43,785 nt of DNA. Source: a virus. Its lineage: Duplodnaviria > Caudoviricetes. The notes under the pieces are model-generated. The model saw only the letters and a program-made list of their open reading frames with translations. It was not told the DNA's origin and searched no databases. Of the stretch, positions 25,029-35,200 are shown in pieces. The position numbers and the translations under genes are program-made. The stretch is from the IMG/VR virus record IMGVR_UViG_3300021961_000184, positions 1-43,785 of that record; one strand, 5' to 3'. The stretch's first letter is position 1. Each line of letters begins with the position of its first letter.

Positions 25029-25237
25029 TGAGTCAAGACGACATAATCAGCATGGCGCAGGAAGCTGGATTTATGCAACACCTTGGGGTAATCGCCGTAC
25101 CCGGCATTCACTGCCTTGAACGCTTCGCCGAACTTGTTGTTGCTGCCGAGCGAGAGGCGTGTGCGAAGTTGTTCTACGGCCCGGTGTGGAGTTACGACTA
25201 CCGCGAGATCGCCGCCGCCATTCGCGCAAGGAGTTGA
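25025..25237 (+). CDS. Small phage protein with EREAC motif
   Basis: LERFAELVVAAEREACAK...AAAIRAR; GGAGGG RBS. Confidence 0.7.
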   Translation: MMSQDDIISMAQEAGFMQHLGVIAVPGIHCLERFAELVVAAEREACAKLFYGPVWSYDYREIAAAIRARS

Positions 25238-25238
25238 A

Positions 25239-25457
25239 ATGAAAGCGATAAAAATCAGCAACCACCACAAAGAACAATCCGCAGCTATCCTAAACGAAGC
25301 GCTGGAAGAAGAGCCTGACACCGTCATCGTGCTGTGCTTCTGGAAAGACAGCAGCCAATTTAAGATAAAGGTTTCCACCACCCCCGATAGGCTCACGCTC
25401 ATTGGTGCGCTGGAGGAAGCTAAAAACAAAGTCATAACGGATGGGTATGTATCATGA
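25239..25457 (+). CDS. Hypothetical protein
   Basis: AGGAG RBS before MKAIKIS; ends LIGALEEAK-type helix. Confidence 0.6.
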   Translation: MKAIKISNHHKEQSAAILNEALEEEPDTVIVLCFWKDSSQFKIKVSTTPDRLTLIGALEEAKNKVITDGYVS

Positions 25458-25768
25458 AGCCATTAAGCAAGCTACACGCGGAAGCCGTTGCCAAGGCAAA
25501 GACAGACGATGAGAAAGTCAAAGCCGCAGCGGTTGCCATGATTGAAAAGCCGATGGATATGATCCGAGCCATTTTGCTTAAACACGAGCAAGCCGTTATT
25601 GAGGTGATGCGAGAGTTACATGAAGCCAAAGAAGTCGCCGTCAGAGAGGAGCGTGAGGCGTGCATTGATGTGCTGATGCGTTTGCATGAAATGCAGGGCG
25701 AGCAATCTCATAACTATTACCATTACGCGGCTAATCAAATACGCGAAATGGGCAAGGAGAACACATGA
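25454..25768 (+). CDS. Hypothetical protein with EREAC motif
   Basis: ATGA-coupled ORF. Confidence 0.65.
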   Translation: MKPLSKLHAEAVAKAKTDDEKVKAAAVAMIEKPMDMIRAILLKHEQAVIEVMRELHEAKEVAVREEREACIDVLMRLHEMQGEQSHNYYHYAANQIREMGKENT

Positions 25769-26097
25769 GCATCGAAGCCATGAAGCAGGCGCTGGAGGCG
25801 CTGGATGCCTATTCGTGGGAGCAAGTGGACGCAGCGAGAGCCGCCCTCCGCACCGCCATCGAGCAGGCTGAGAAGCAGGAGCCGGTGGCGCATCAAGGTT
25901 GGTGTGCATCGCTCACTCAAATGTTACTTTCTAACCCGCCACAACCTGCCGCGTGTAACTGCAATCAACCCGCGGCACAGCGTGAATGGGTTGGGTTGAC
26001 GAAAGAGGAGATTAAGGAAATCAGCTTTGCAAACCGCCCGTATGTAGTTGATATGGTTGTTGCGCTTGAAGCAAAACTGAAGGAGAAGAACGGATGA
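25765..26097 (+). CDS. Hypothetical protein
   Basis: MSIEAMKQALEAL...QEPVA...REWVGLT...EAKLKEKN. Confidence 0.7.
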   Translation: MSIEAMKQALEALDAYSWEQVDAARAALRTAIEQAEKQEPVAHQGWCASLTQMLLSNPPQPAACNCNQPAAQREWVGLTKEEIKEISFANRPYVVDMVVALEAKLKEKNG

Positions 26098-26300
26098 AAC
26101 TATTTATGAAGTCGTACTACGAAAAAACTGCTAGGGAAGTAAAACCACCGCTGGAGAATGAGTTCGTCTGTATCTCTTGTGCCGGCAAGCTGGGTGGCAA
26201 GGTGGATCGCTGGTTGAAGATGAAGTGGTCGCACAATGTCTGCGATGTCTGCGGGCATAAGACTGAAGTAACTTCCCCGAAAGAGTATGTGTGGCGCTAG
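26094..26300 (+). CDS. Small zinc-finger protein
   Basis: CISC...CDVC. Confidence 0.6.
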   Translation: MKLFMKSYYEKTAREVKPPLENEFVCISCAGKLGGKVDRWLKMKWSHNVCDVCGHKTEVTSPKEYVWR

Positions 26301-26328
26301 AAGTTTTTAAACAACAAAGGAGAATGAC

Positions 26329-26658
26329 ATGGAACTGATCGGAAAAGTACTGATGTTGGTGGGTGTGGCTATTGGTGCATGGGTAGCTTACAAAGTGTTA
26401 CACGATTATCTTGCTGAACGACGCAAAGGAACCAACAATGAACCCGAAGCCCCCTACAAGATCGAGTTTGAAAATCCTACCGTTGACGTGGCCATTCCCG
26501 ACAACCCTGCCCACGAAGCAATCAAGTGGACATTCGCCAATGCCCCCAAGCCCAAGCGCAAATACACCAAGCGCAGCAAGTACTGGACAACCAATAAGCC
26601 AGCCAAACGGATGCAGAAGGCCCGCAAAGCCCGCAAAGCGAAGCGTAAATCTAAATGA
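26329..26658 (+). CDS. Membrane-anchored protein with very basic C-terminus
   Basis: N-terminal TM; KPKRKYTKRSK...KARKARKAKRKSK; AAGGAG RBS. Confidence 0.7.
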   Translation: MELIGKVLMLVGVAIGAWVAYKVLHDYLAERRKGTNNEPEAPYKIEFENPTVDVAIPDNPAHEAIKWTFANAPKPKRKYTKRSKYWTTNKPAKRMQKARKARKAKRKSK

Positions 26659-26676
26659 CATCGAGGAGGCACCGCT

Positions 26677-26862
26677 ATGAGACAGGACAAGCTGGACGAA
26701 GCCATCGCATACCTGCGCAGCCGCAAAAAGTATGTAGCCGATGTTGGCTGTAAGTTCGTCCCAACAAAGCCAGTGCAGACCGATGTTGCTGAAACAATCC
26801 GCAAGTATCGACTGGAGGTGGAGCAAATATCTCCGGTGCAGTTGGTAAAGAAGAAGCGGTGA
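26677..26862 (+). CDS. Hypothetical protein
   Basis: GGAGG RBS, 61 aa. Confidence 0.6.
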   Translation: MRQDKLDEAIAYLRSRKKYVADVGCKFVPTKPVQTDVAETIRKYRLEVEQISPVQLVKKKR

Positions 26863-27110
26863 ATTTAAACAAGCATGGCCATGAGCTTGCACAGTTCGCA
26901 ATCAAGACAAGCGAGGAATACACTGGCCGTTGCATTGACGCATGGGAGGCTGTGACAAGCGATGATCCTTGTTACGGCCTATATCAAGAGGCTCTGAAGG
27001 AATTACGAAACCATGAATACGGAAAAAGACACCTTGAACGCCGTGCTAGATTGCTACGCATTGCACTTGAGAGGAACTCGAACTCTCAAGCGTGGCTTGA
27101 TAGCGATTAA
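26859..27110 (+). CDS. Hypothetical protein
   Basis: GTGA-coupled to the upstream ORF, but overlaps the recombinase by 98 nt. Confidence 0.4.
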   Translation: MNLNKHGHELAQFAIKTSEEYTGRCIDAWEAVTSDDPCYGLYQEALKELRNHEYGKRHLERRARLLRIALERNSNSQAWLDSD

Positions 27111-27837
27111 ACACCTGCGTAAGCTTGGCAAACTGAAGATCAACGATGTTGCTGCAAGCATCCCGCAATACATGACCGACCGGGGTGTGCTGCCGGGAAC
27201 CCTAAACCGGGAGCTGGGCGTCCTCCAAGCGGCCCTTCGATATGCGTTTAAACAGGGCAAGATCAGCTTCCTCCCGTCCATCCAGAAGCTGCCGTCCCCG
27301 CCGCCACGGGCTCAGTTCCTGAACGAAGAGGAGGTAGCCATCCTTCTGTCGGAGACTAAGGCGTATCCGGAACTGGATACATTTGTTCGTATTGCCCTGA
27401 TGACCGGTCAGCGCAAGGAAGCGATCCTGACCCTCCGCTGGGATCAGGTGGACTTCAAGTCAAACCTGATCGATTTTAACGACCGTACAGCCCCGCTTTA
27501 CCACCGGATGAAGGGTAGAGGTGTCGTGCCCATGTCCAGCTCGCTACGGGCGTTCCTGAAGGGTTTGGCGAGGGATTCTGACTGGGTGATTAGCAGGGCT
27601 GGGAGGCAGGTTCTGTCAATCGACACTAGTTGGCGGAAGGTTATGAAGGAAACCCGCTTCAAAATAACCCCCCATGTCCTTCGTCACACGGTTGCGACAC
27701 AGCTGGCTCAGAAGAATGTTCCCATGACCCAGATCGCCCGCATCCTCGGGCATTCAAACACCCAGATCACCGAACGGGTATATGCCAAGTTCTCCCCGTC
27801 CTTTTGCAAGGACGCGGTAGAGCATCTGGCCGTTTAA
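27013..27837 (+). CDS. Tyrosine recombinase/integrase (short form)
   Basis: TGQRKEAI (R), HVLRH (HxxR), LGH, VYAK (Y). Confidence 0.9.
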   Translation: MNTEKDTLNAVLDCYALHLRGTRTLKRGLIAIKHLRKLGKLKINDVAASIPQYMTDRGVLPGTLNRELGVLQAALRYAFKQGKISFLPSIQKLPSPPPRAQFLNEEEVAILLSETKAYPELDTFVRIALMTGQRKEAILTLRWDQVDFKSNLIDFNDRTAPLYHRMKGRGVVPMSSSLRAFLKGLARDSDWVISRAGRQVLSIDTSWRKVMKETRFKITPHVLRHTVATQLAQKNVPMTQIARILGHSNTQITERVYAKFSPSFCKDAVEHLAV

Positions 27838-27860
27838 ACACAAACCATTGGGATATTTGA

Positions 27861-28043
27861 GTGATTAAGTTCGTCAGGAACCTACAGCCGGGGCAGGAAT
27901 TTATCCTGCTTCGGACGGGGCAGCGGTTCAAATTCCTCCGTTGGGATCGGACTACCCCCAGCGGAACAATCTACGTCTGCCAAGAAGTAAACGCCACACG
28001 GGAGTCGAGGCTGCATCACTCCTGCCATGTGAAGATCGTTTAA
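27861..28043 (+). CDS. Hypothetical protein
   Basis: 60-aa ORF filling the gap after the recombinase. Confidence 0.5.
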   Translation: MIKFVRNLQPGQEFILLRTGQRFKFLRWDRTTPSGTIYVCQEVNATRESRLHHSCHVKIV

Positions 28044-28045
28044 AC

Positions 28046-28522
28046 ATGCATGACCCGAACGACAAGGCTCATTGGGTGAGCCACCCCGAGGACGAGTTGG
28101 AATTTGTTCTCAGGTTTGGATTGCAGTTGAGGTTGATCATGAATCCGGCGAAGGAGGTTGATCGATATGCCCCAGACCTGTTCAGCATCAAGATGTGGAC
28201 TGTGGCAGACCTGAAGGTGCAGAAGGAGCCATACCGGACTTCCGAGCGCTACGGGGTGCCAACAGAACGCTGCGTCACACTTAACGTCTATGATTTAACG
28301 AGGTATTCCGTTTACTATGGCGGTGAGTTCCCGATCTATTTCTGGCTTGACCACCCAGAAAATGCGAACAACGGCGTTTATGTGGCGACCTGCCGGGAGA
28401 TCATGGATAGCATCACGTTTAAACGCAGGAAGGTTCATGGATACATAACGAGGGATGGCAGCGACGGGAATAAGACCCACTCATGGGTTCTTGATGTTTC
28501 AGATTTCAGGAGACTGATTTGA
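28046..28522 (+). CDS. Putative PD-(D/E)XK-fold nuclease
   Basis: DELEF...YAPDL...ADLK spacing; start taken at MHDPND. Confidence 0.5.
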   Translation: MHDPNDKAHWVSHPEDELEFVLRFGLQLRLIMNPAKEVDRYAPDLFSIKMWTVADLKVQKEPYRTSERYGVPTERCVTLNVYDLTRYSVYYGGEFPIYFWLDHPENANNGVYVATCREIMDSITFKRRKVHGYITRDGSDGNKTHSWVLDVSDFRRLI

Positions 28523-28800
28523 GATTCAAAAGCAAAACCAAGACGCTGGAAGAGATGGTTACGATTGCATCCCAATACAATTCAGCATACGAGTTCAGGA
28601 TGGCTGATCCAAAGCTGTATGACAGCATGCGGAAGAGGGTAGACATCCATGACATATTTGATGAGGGGCCGTGCCAAAGGTATGTCACAGGCAAGGCCAT
28701 ACCTCCGGACTGGCGCCCCAACCCAAAACGAGAGGCGTTTGCTTTGCAGTTTTATTGGCAGACCGCATTCCCGTGGGCATCAGATTTTGCAGAAAACTGA
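28519..28800 (+). CDS. Hypothetical protein
   Basis: TTG start overlapping the upstream stop. Confidence 0.5.
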   Translation: MRFKSKTKTLEEMVTIASQYNSAYEFRMADPKLYDSMRKRVDIHDIFDEGPCQRYVTGKAIPPDWRPNPKREAFALQFYWQTAFPWASDFAEN

Positions 28801-29146
28801 TCAGTGGTTTGGCTTACTGGAGTCGATGGGGTGTATCGTCTGTTTAAACGAGCGCGGGGTTAAGTCCCCTGCGGACATTCATCATATTCACAAGAACGGT
28901 CGGAGGGTTGATGATCTTCACACCATACCCCTCTGCTACTGGCACCATAGGGCTGGTGTAAACGGGGATGAATATGTATCCCGCCACCCATGGAAGAAGG
29001 CTTTTGAGAAACGATACGGCTCCGAATGGGAGCTATACGAACAGGTAAAACAAAATGCGGAAATTCTGCTTCAAATGCAACAGGGAACACAACGAGGAAG
29101 ACATGGTTCCGAAGTACAACAAGTGGGGGAAGAGAGCGGGGACTGA
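28649..29146 (+). CDS. Ref-like HNH recombination nuclease (true start probably downstream)
   Basis: GCIVC...IHHI...TIPLCYWHHR...RHPWKKAFEKRYGSE. Confidence 0.75.
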   Translation: MTYLMRGRAKGMSQARPYLRTGAPTQNERRLLCSFIGRPHSRGHQILQKTDQWFGLLESMGCIVCLNERGVKSPADIHHIHKNGRRVDDLHTIPLCYWHHRAGVNGDEYVSRHPWKKAFEKRYGSEWELYEQVKQNAEILLQMQQGTQRGRHGSEVQQVGEESGD

Positions 29147-29252
29147 ATGCCGCTGGTGCGCAAAGCGGCAGTCCCACTCATTTATTCAGTCTAAAGCTTC
29201 TTCCGTACCTCACGAATCTTTGCCGTCAGATTGTTCCGTGCTTCCCGAATAG
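29055..29252 (+). CDS. Small zinc-finger protein
   Basis: CFKC...CRWC; overlaps neighbours on both sides. Confidence 0.4.
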   Translation: MRKFCFKCNREHNEEDMVPKYNKWGKRAGTECRWCAKRQSHSFIQSKASSVPHESLPSDCSVLPE

Positions 29253-32200
29253 CATTCAGTGCTGCTTGCTTTTCATCGGCAGAGATATCCTTCTCACCAA
29301 GACCTCTTATCTGGTTTTCTCTCTCACGCAATGAAGTCAAGTCTTTGTCGAGGTGTTGCACCAAAGGCTTGATTTCAAACAGCTTGCCATTCTCTTTCAT
29401 GTAGGCGGCATACTGGTCGTAACGTCCGGCATTCAGCAGGAAATTGCTGGTGCGGGTTACTTCATCAACAGCGTCCTTCAGGTCGTAGAAAGCGCCCACA
29501 GTTCCCTGAGATTCAGTTGCAGTAAGGAACCTGCGGATCACGGGCATCTGATCCAATCGCATGGTCGGCTTTACCGGATCGCTTGTGGTGCGGAGCATGG
29601 AATCGATGGCAAGGGCACTATAAGACCCGAGTGCGCCAAAGTAACCGTTGATCAAATTGTCGATCTTGATTGGCGATGTTCCGGTGGCTTGCCCAATTTT
29701 TTGAGCGACAAGGCTGGTAGTGGATGTTGCTTGGAACTGCGGAGCCACATCCTCCATACCCTTCGGGATTACCGGCCTTGCGGTGAAGAAGGAGTAATCC
29801 ACCGCATTCTCCAGCACAGGAAGAAAAGCCTGCGGCACAATGTTGATGCCAAGAGTTGACGTTGCTTGCCGACGAGCGGAATCAATCACATCCTTGCCGG
29901 TATCGGTGCCGAAGAAGTAACCCATAATCCGCTCAGGAATGACCTTGAACAGAACGCCGATCTCATACGGGATCGGCAGCTTGACTGGGCCGATGATCCA
30001 GTTGTTGTCTCGGGTCTCTTCGTTTTCCTTCTTGTAGTCATCCGTATCAGATGCAAGCATCCAGTAGACCGCAGACAGGGCGATCAATGTCGTTGCTCTG
30101 ATCATGAATGCCTTGTGGGCAGCTTTACGATTGGCCTGAGCAAGCTCACCCATTCCCGCTCGATACAGAAGATCAAGGCCCTGAACACGCGCATTGAAGA
30201 ACGGAGTGATAGCGGCCATAACCTGAACCAAAAGGCTGGAACCCATGCGGTCGAAGTTCATGACCTCAATTGCGCGAAACACTGCCTCAGCCTCATTACC
30301 GGTTTCGGCAAGAGTCCTTCTTGCCACCTCGGCTCGGGTTGCGATATCCGAAAGGTTTGATCCCTTTTCCAGCAGATTCCATGCCGCATCTAGCGGCAGC
30401 ATAACCTTCTCTGCCGTGGTTCTTTTGCCTGTAAGTGCCCTCAACTCTTTGGAAAACTCTTTGGCAGATGCCTTCACATCTCCAGCGAACTCGTAGCCAG
30501 TCGCAACGCCTGCGGCACGAAGCAGTCGGGCCTCTGGTGATCCGCCGGCAAGCTCTTTACCTGCCTGTTTAAACGTATCAATGATCGGCTTGAAGTCGCT
30601 ACCAGACGTAACCCATGCGCTCATCGAATCCCGCAGCAAGTTGGCCACCATAAAATCAGGCATCTTGGTGACGATGTTCCGCAGCATGCGGGTCGGGAAG
30701 CCGACGATCTTCAGGAGGTCTTCATAGGGGTTCTGTGCGTAGAGACCCTTCATAGCCTCAACCCACATCGGGTCTGCCACCTTGTATTTCACATCAACGC
30801 CCTTCTCGCGGACATTGACGATATCTGGGCCACCCGCAGAACCGGCAGGCAGCTTCTTGGCGTAGTCAAATTGACCCGGGGTATTGAGCATCATGGCCTC
30901 ATTGACAGCCCGTTGAGCCGCAATGTTTTTCATGCCCTGCTCGACAGCAGATTTCGTGTTCCTGACGACCGTCTCAAGGAAGTCGTCCAGTTTAAACTCG
31001 CCACCCTTGAGCTTTTTGGTCGGCTGGACTCCAGACAAGTTGTGGAAAAGCTTCGGCCCGAGGGTCTCTTCGCCGTCAGCCTGCCGATAAAACGGGATGT
31101 AGTCCGCATACATCGTCCATTTGCGGCCCATCTCCTCGGTCAATACTCCGGTGTCCACAAGAAACTTTACTAAACCACGATTATATTTCTGGTATTCATC
31201 AAATACCTGTTTAAACTCCGGATACTCTTTTTCCAGCAGTTTGCCAAAGCGAATGTCCTGCGGAGTCAGCAGCTTCTCGCGGCCTTCCTTGAAGAGCCTT
31301 GCACCACGGCGGGTAGCGCCATAAAACTGGAATGCCTGAAACACAAACGGATCGTTGTATTTCATCAACGGCTGAAAGATCGGAATCAACCCCTTGACCT
31401 TGCCGCCGAGATCATCAACACGGGTATAGCCCTTCTCGTAGACCGGAACACCATTAAGGTAAGACTGGCCGGCAATGCCTGCAGCCCTATGGCTCATCAA
31501 CGCCGCCGCAATCGCAGACTGATCTGCAAGCAGGCGGGACTCACCGAAGCGATCGGCAACAGCCTTGGTATTGCGTTCCAGAGCCTGATACCTCTGGATG
31601 TATAAAGCCCTAAACTTTTCAATGCCCTCAGGGGAGATCGAAGATATAAACCGACTGAAGAATCCTTCCTCTTCCCGTTTGGCGGTAGTGCGCTTGATCT
31701 CGTCTACCGCAGCCTGACCAAGGCCAGCCTTGCCTTTGATGTCTTTCTCTAGGCTGTAACGGATGTCACTTTTATCTGGCGTTTGATAGTCTTTATCAGC
31801 GTCTTCTCTTTTTACGGGAAAAGCTGCTGTATTACCATTATAGCCAATGATCTTCTTGGGCCAATCTTCGATGTAGTCAAATTTTTCTGGGTCTTGCTGC
31901 TCGGAAAAACGAATGTTTGTGGTCAGCATTACCGGCATCGTGGTGTATCCGCGTTTCTTCAATGCTCTGGCACGGTGCCTGCCTTCGTGATTATTTATTC
32001 CTTCGCGGCGCGGATCATTGTTTCCATCAACAATAAGATCACCTTTACCATCATCTTGATAAGCAACGATGCTAGGTAACTCTCGCAGCTTTTCTCCTGA
32101 GTTAAGGGCTTTTTCTACGTCAGCCTCTTTGCTTTTTACATGACCGGGAGTAGCTAAGCGAAGAAAGTCATCGATGTCCATATCGATTAACTTGGTGCGC

Positions 32201-35200
32201 CCTTTATTTGGTGTGTGACTATGCTTTTCTATTTCTTTAGGGTCGAAAAGCTCTCTTGAGGAGCTGATGCTGTAGCGGATGTCCTTGCCTTTGAAGGTTC
32301 CACGGTTACCGACAGCGGACTTTACTTGAGTTTTATCAAAGGCATTTACTTCAACGAAGTTGCCGTCAGCATCCCTGACAACAATGCCGTCATACCCAGC
32401 CTTCTGCAGCGTTCTGCGGATGGAGGCTCCAGACATATCCATCAGACGCTTGCCGGTAAGCTCCCTGATCTCCATGTTTAAACGATCGCTGATTTCTTTT
32501 GCGCCGCTGCTATCCAGTCTGAGGTAGTCAACCTCCCCAGTCCGCTCCCTGCCATCCATCTTGGCCCGCAGGATATCCCTCGGGCTCCTGCCCTTCTCAA
32601 TAGAGGTGGATAGGTCGATATAGAGGGGGTTCTCGATAGAGACCCAGAGCGGCATAACAGCGCCCTCTGGCGCGAAGCTCTCGGCATACCTTTCGACAGC
32701 AGTCGTGTAGATGCCCTGCCCCAGCTTTCCATCGTCCGACCTGCGGAAGACACTGAATATGTCCTCCTCATCCGGGGATGGGGTGGCGTGATACATCATC
32801 AGCGGATTGCCGTTCCTATCGACAATCTTGCTCTCACCAAAGAACCGTTTAAACGGCTCGGTCTTGGTTTGAGCAATGCTGTATCGAATACTTTTCTTTT
32901 CCGGAGAAAACTTGCCGGAGTTACCAACCGAAGATTTAACCTGAGTGGAATCGTATACGGCATAGTTCTTGGTCATGGATTCCTGCACAGAGAACCCATC
33001 AAACCCGAGCCCGCGAATTGCTTCCTGCGTCTCATCCTGCTCGATCAATGGCCAGTATCCCTTGGAGAGCATCTTGTAGACTTCATCCTCGGAATACTGC
33101 TTGTCCGCGATCGATCCATTTTTATCTTCAAAACGGATCAGACCGTTGGGGTCTGTCTCAAGATCAACACCGGAATCCAAGAACAGGCGAGCAACAACCT
33201 GACGAACATGATTCGGGTTGTCGTAATTGAACGGGTTCTCGGCCTTCACAAACAGCGGAATGACATTTGCCCTAGATGGCATCTCATCCAGCAATGCTTG
33301 ATTAAACTCTGCGGTTTCCACAAAAGCCGAGTGATGGCTCTTGGGGGTTAGCTTGTAATCTTTCTTGGTCTCGGCGTCGATTTCGGACAGGGCCTTGAGC
33401 TTCGCCCTTTCGATCTGCTCCGGAGTAAGGATGTCCTCATAGTTCTCGACCATCCAACCTTCAGACCAAGTAGCAACTCCGCCGAGCACCCCCTTCTTGA
33501 AGTCGGCAGCGAACTCAACATTCGGGGTGATGAAGATGGCGTTGGCTTGCTTCGGGATGAACTCCTCAATATCGGCGGCAGTGCCGTGATACATGACCAG
33601 AGGACGGCCATCCTCGTCCACAAATACGGAATTACCGAACCAGCGCCAGAAGTTTCTGACACCTTCTTCGGTCGGGAATATCAAAGTGCCCTTGGAAGTC
33701 CTTGTCGGACGATCCTCACCATCAACCTCGATGGTATCTGTGGTTACTCTTTTGCCTGATACCGGTTTTCCTGCTGCACGTTGCTCTTTGGCGAGGGAGA
33801 ATTTTGCCCAGCCGTACTCTTTGCCATATTGCTCTGCAATCCTGTCGTAATCCTTGCCCCAACCTTCAATGTCCCGTCGTATATTGGCGAGTTCGGCGGG
33901 GCTAAATCTTTCAAGGTAACCTTGCCCATTTGTGTTCTCCGTCCAGTCGTTAGAAATCCATCCTGATTTTGCTCGGAATGGTTCAACGTCAAATTTAACA
34001 TCCTTGTCGAAAGACTCCAGAGCACCTTGCAGTTTATCAAGATACTGCTTGTCTGACATCATATACGGCTTGCCCGTATCAGTGTCTCGGAAGTTGATGA
34101 AGTCAAACGAGTTACCAACGCGAGTGAAACCAATACCCGGAATATTCTCGTTAAGGTGTTTAAACAGTCTATCTTCAAACTCTGGGTTGGCTTCCGCGTT
34201 GGTTGCGGTAACTCGGTAACCTTGGCTTGCATCCTTACCGCCAGCGGTAGGGTCAGCGCGATACCACGGCACTGCATCCTGCTTGGTGACGTAGCCAATA
34301 ATGGCCGCATACTTGTTGGCAACATCGGTCAGGTAATCGCCATCGTCCTTTTGCAGAACAAGTTTGGTGATCACGTTAGGCGCGATCAGGTTCTCATATG
34401 CACCGATTGAGAGCTGCGAGGAGTACAACTGTTGATTGCCCAGCAGCTCAAAAATCTTGTCAGTGCCGGTTTTGGGGTCGATGAAGATTTCTCTGACGGA
34501 GCGGTTGAAATCTTCCTGCTCCGCCCTTGATGCCTTGTGGATGCCCGGGATGAGCGGCAACTTGGTAGAGGGACGACTTTCCCATGTGATATTGGCGGTG
34601 GCGCGGGTGATGTAGTCGCTGAAATCAACGGTGCTCGGCTCAAACTTGGCTTTCTTCTCGGGAGCGAGACTGTTGTAGTCAGTGGTGTTTTTGACGTAAG
34701 TCCACATAACCGCTTGAACCTGACGAGGCTTCAGTTCTTCGCCGTTGCGTTTTTTATTAGCATCGGAGATGCGCCGAATCAGGTCTTTGGCGTATATGTA
34801 TTGAGTGCTGGACACACCAGTAGCGCCGCCAGCATCTTGATCCTCTGCGTGGGGATAACCAAACAAACGCATCATCCATCTATCAATGGTAGAGGCATCT
34901 TGGAACGTATCAACACCGTAAGTTGCATCATGCAAGTTGCGATAGAAATTCATCAACTTGTCATCAACGCCGGGAAGCGACACATCCATGGTCGGCGCAG
35001 CTAGTAGGGCAGGAATCCTTTCTGCCGTAGTATTTGGGAACCTTCCAGCAAAAGCCGTTTTATCACCCGAAGCAAGCTGGGCAATGGACTTTATCGTCGC
35101 CGTAGTGTTTGCGCCCAAACTGTTGGCTTGGGAATACAAAGCCATTAAGCGAACGGTTCGTTCTGTTAACTCGGGGTTGCCTCGGGTTATTTCTCTAATG

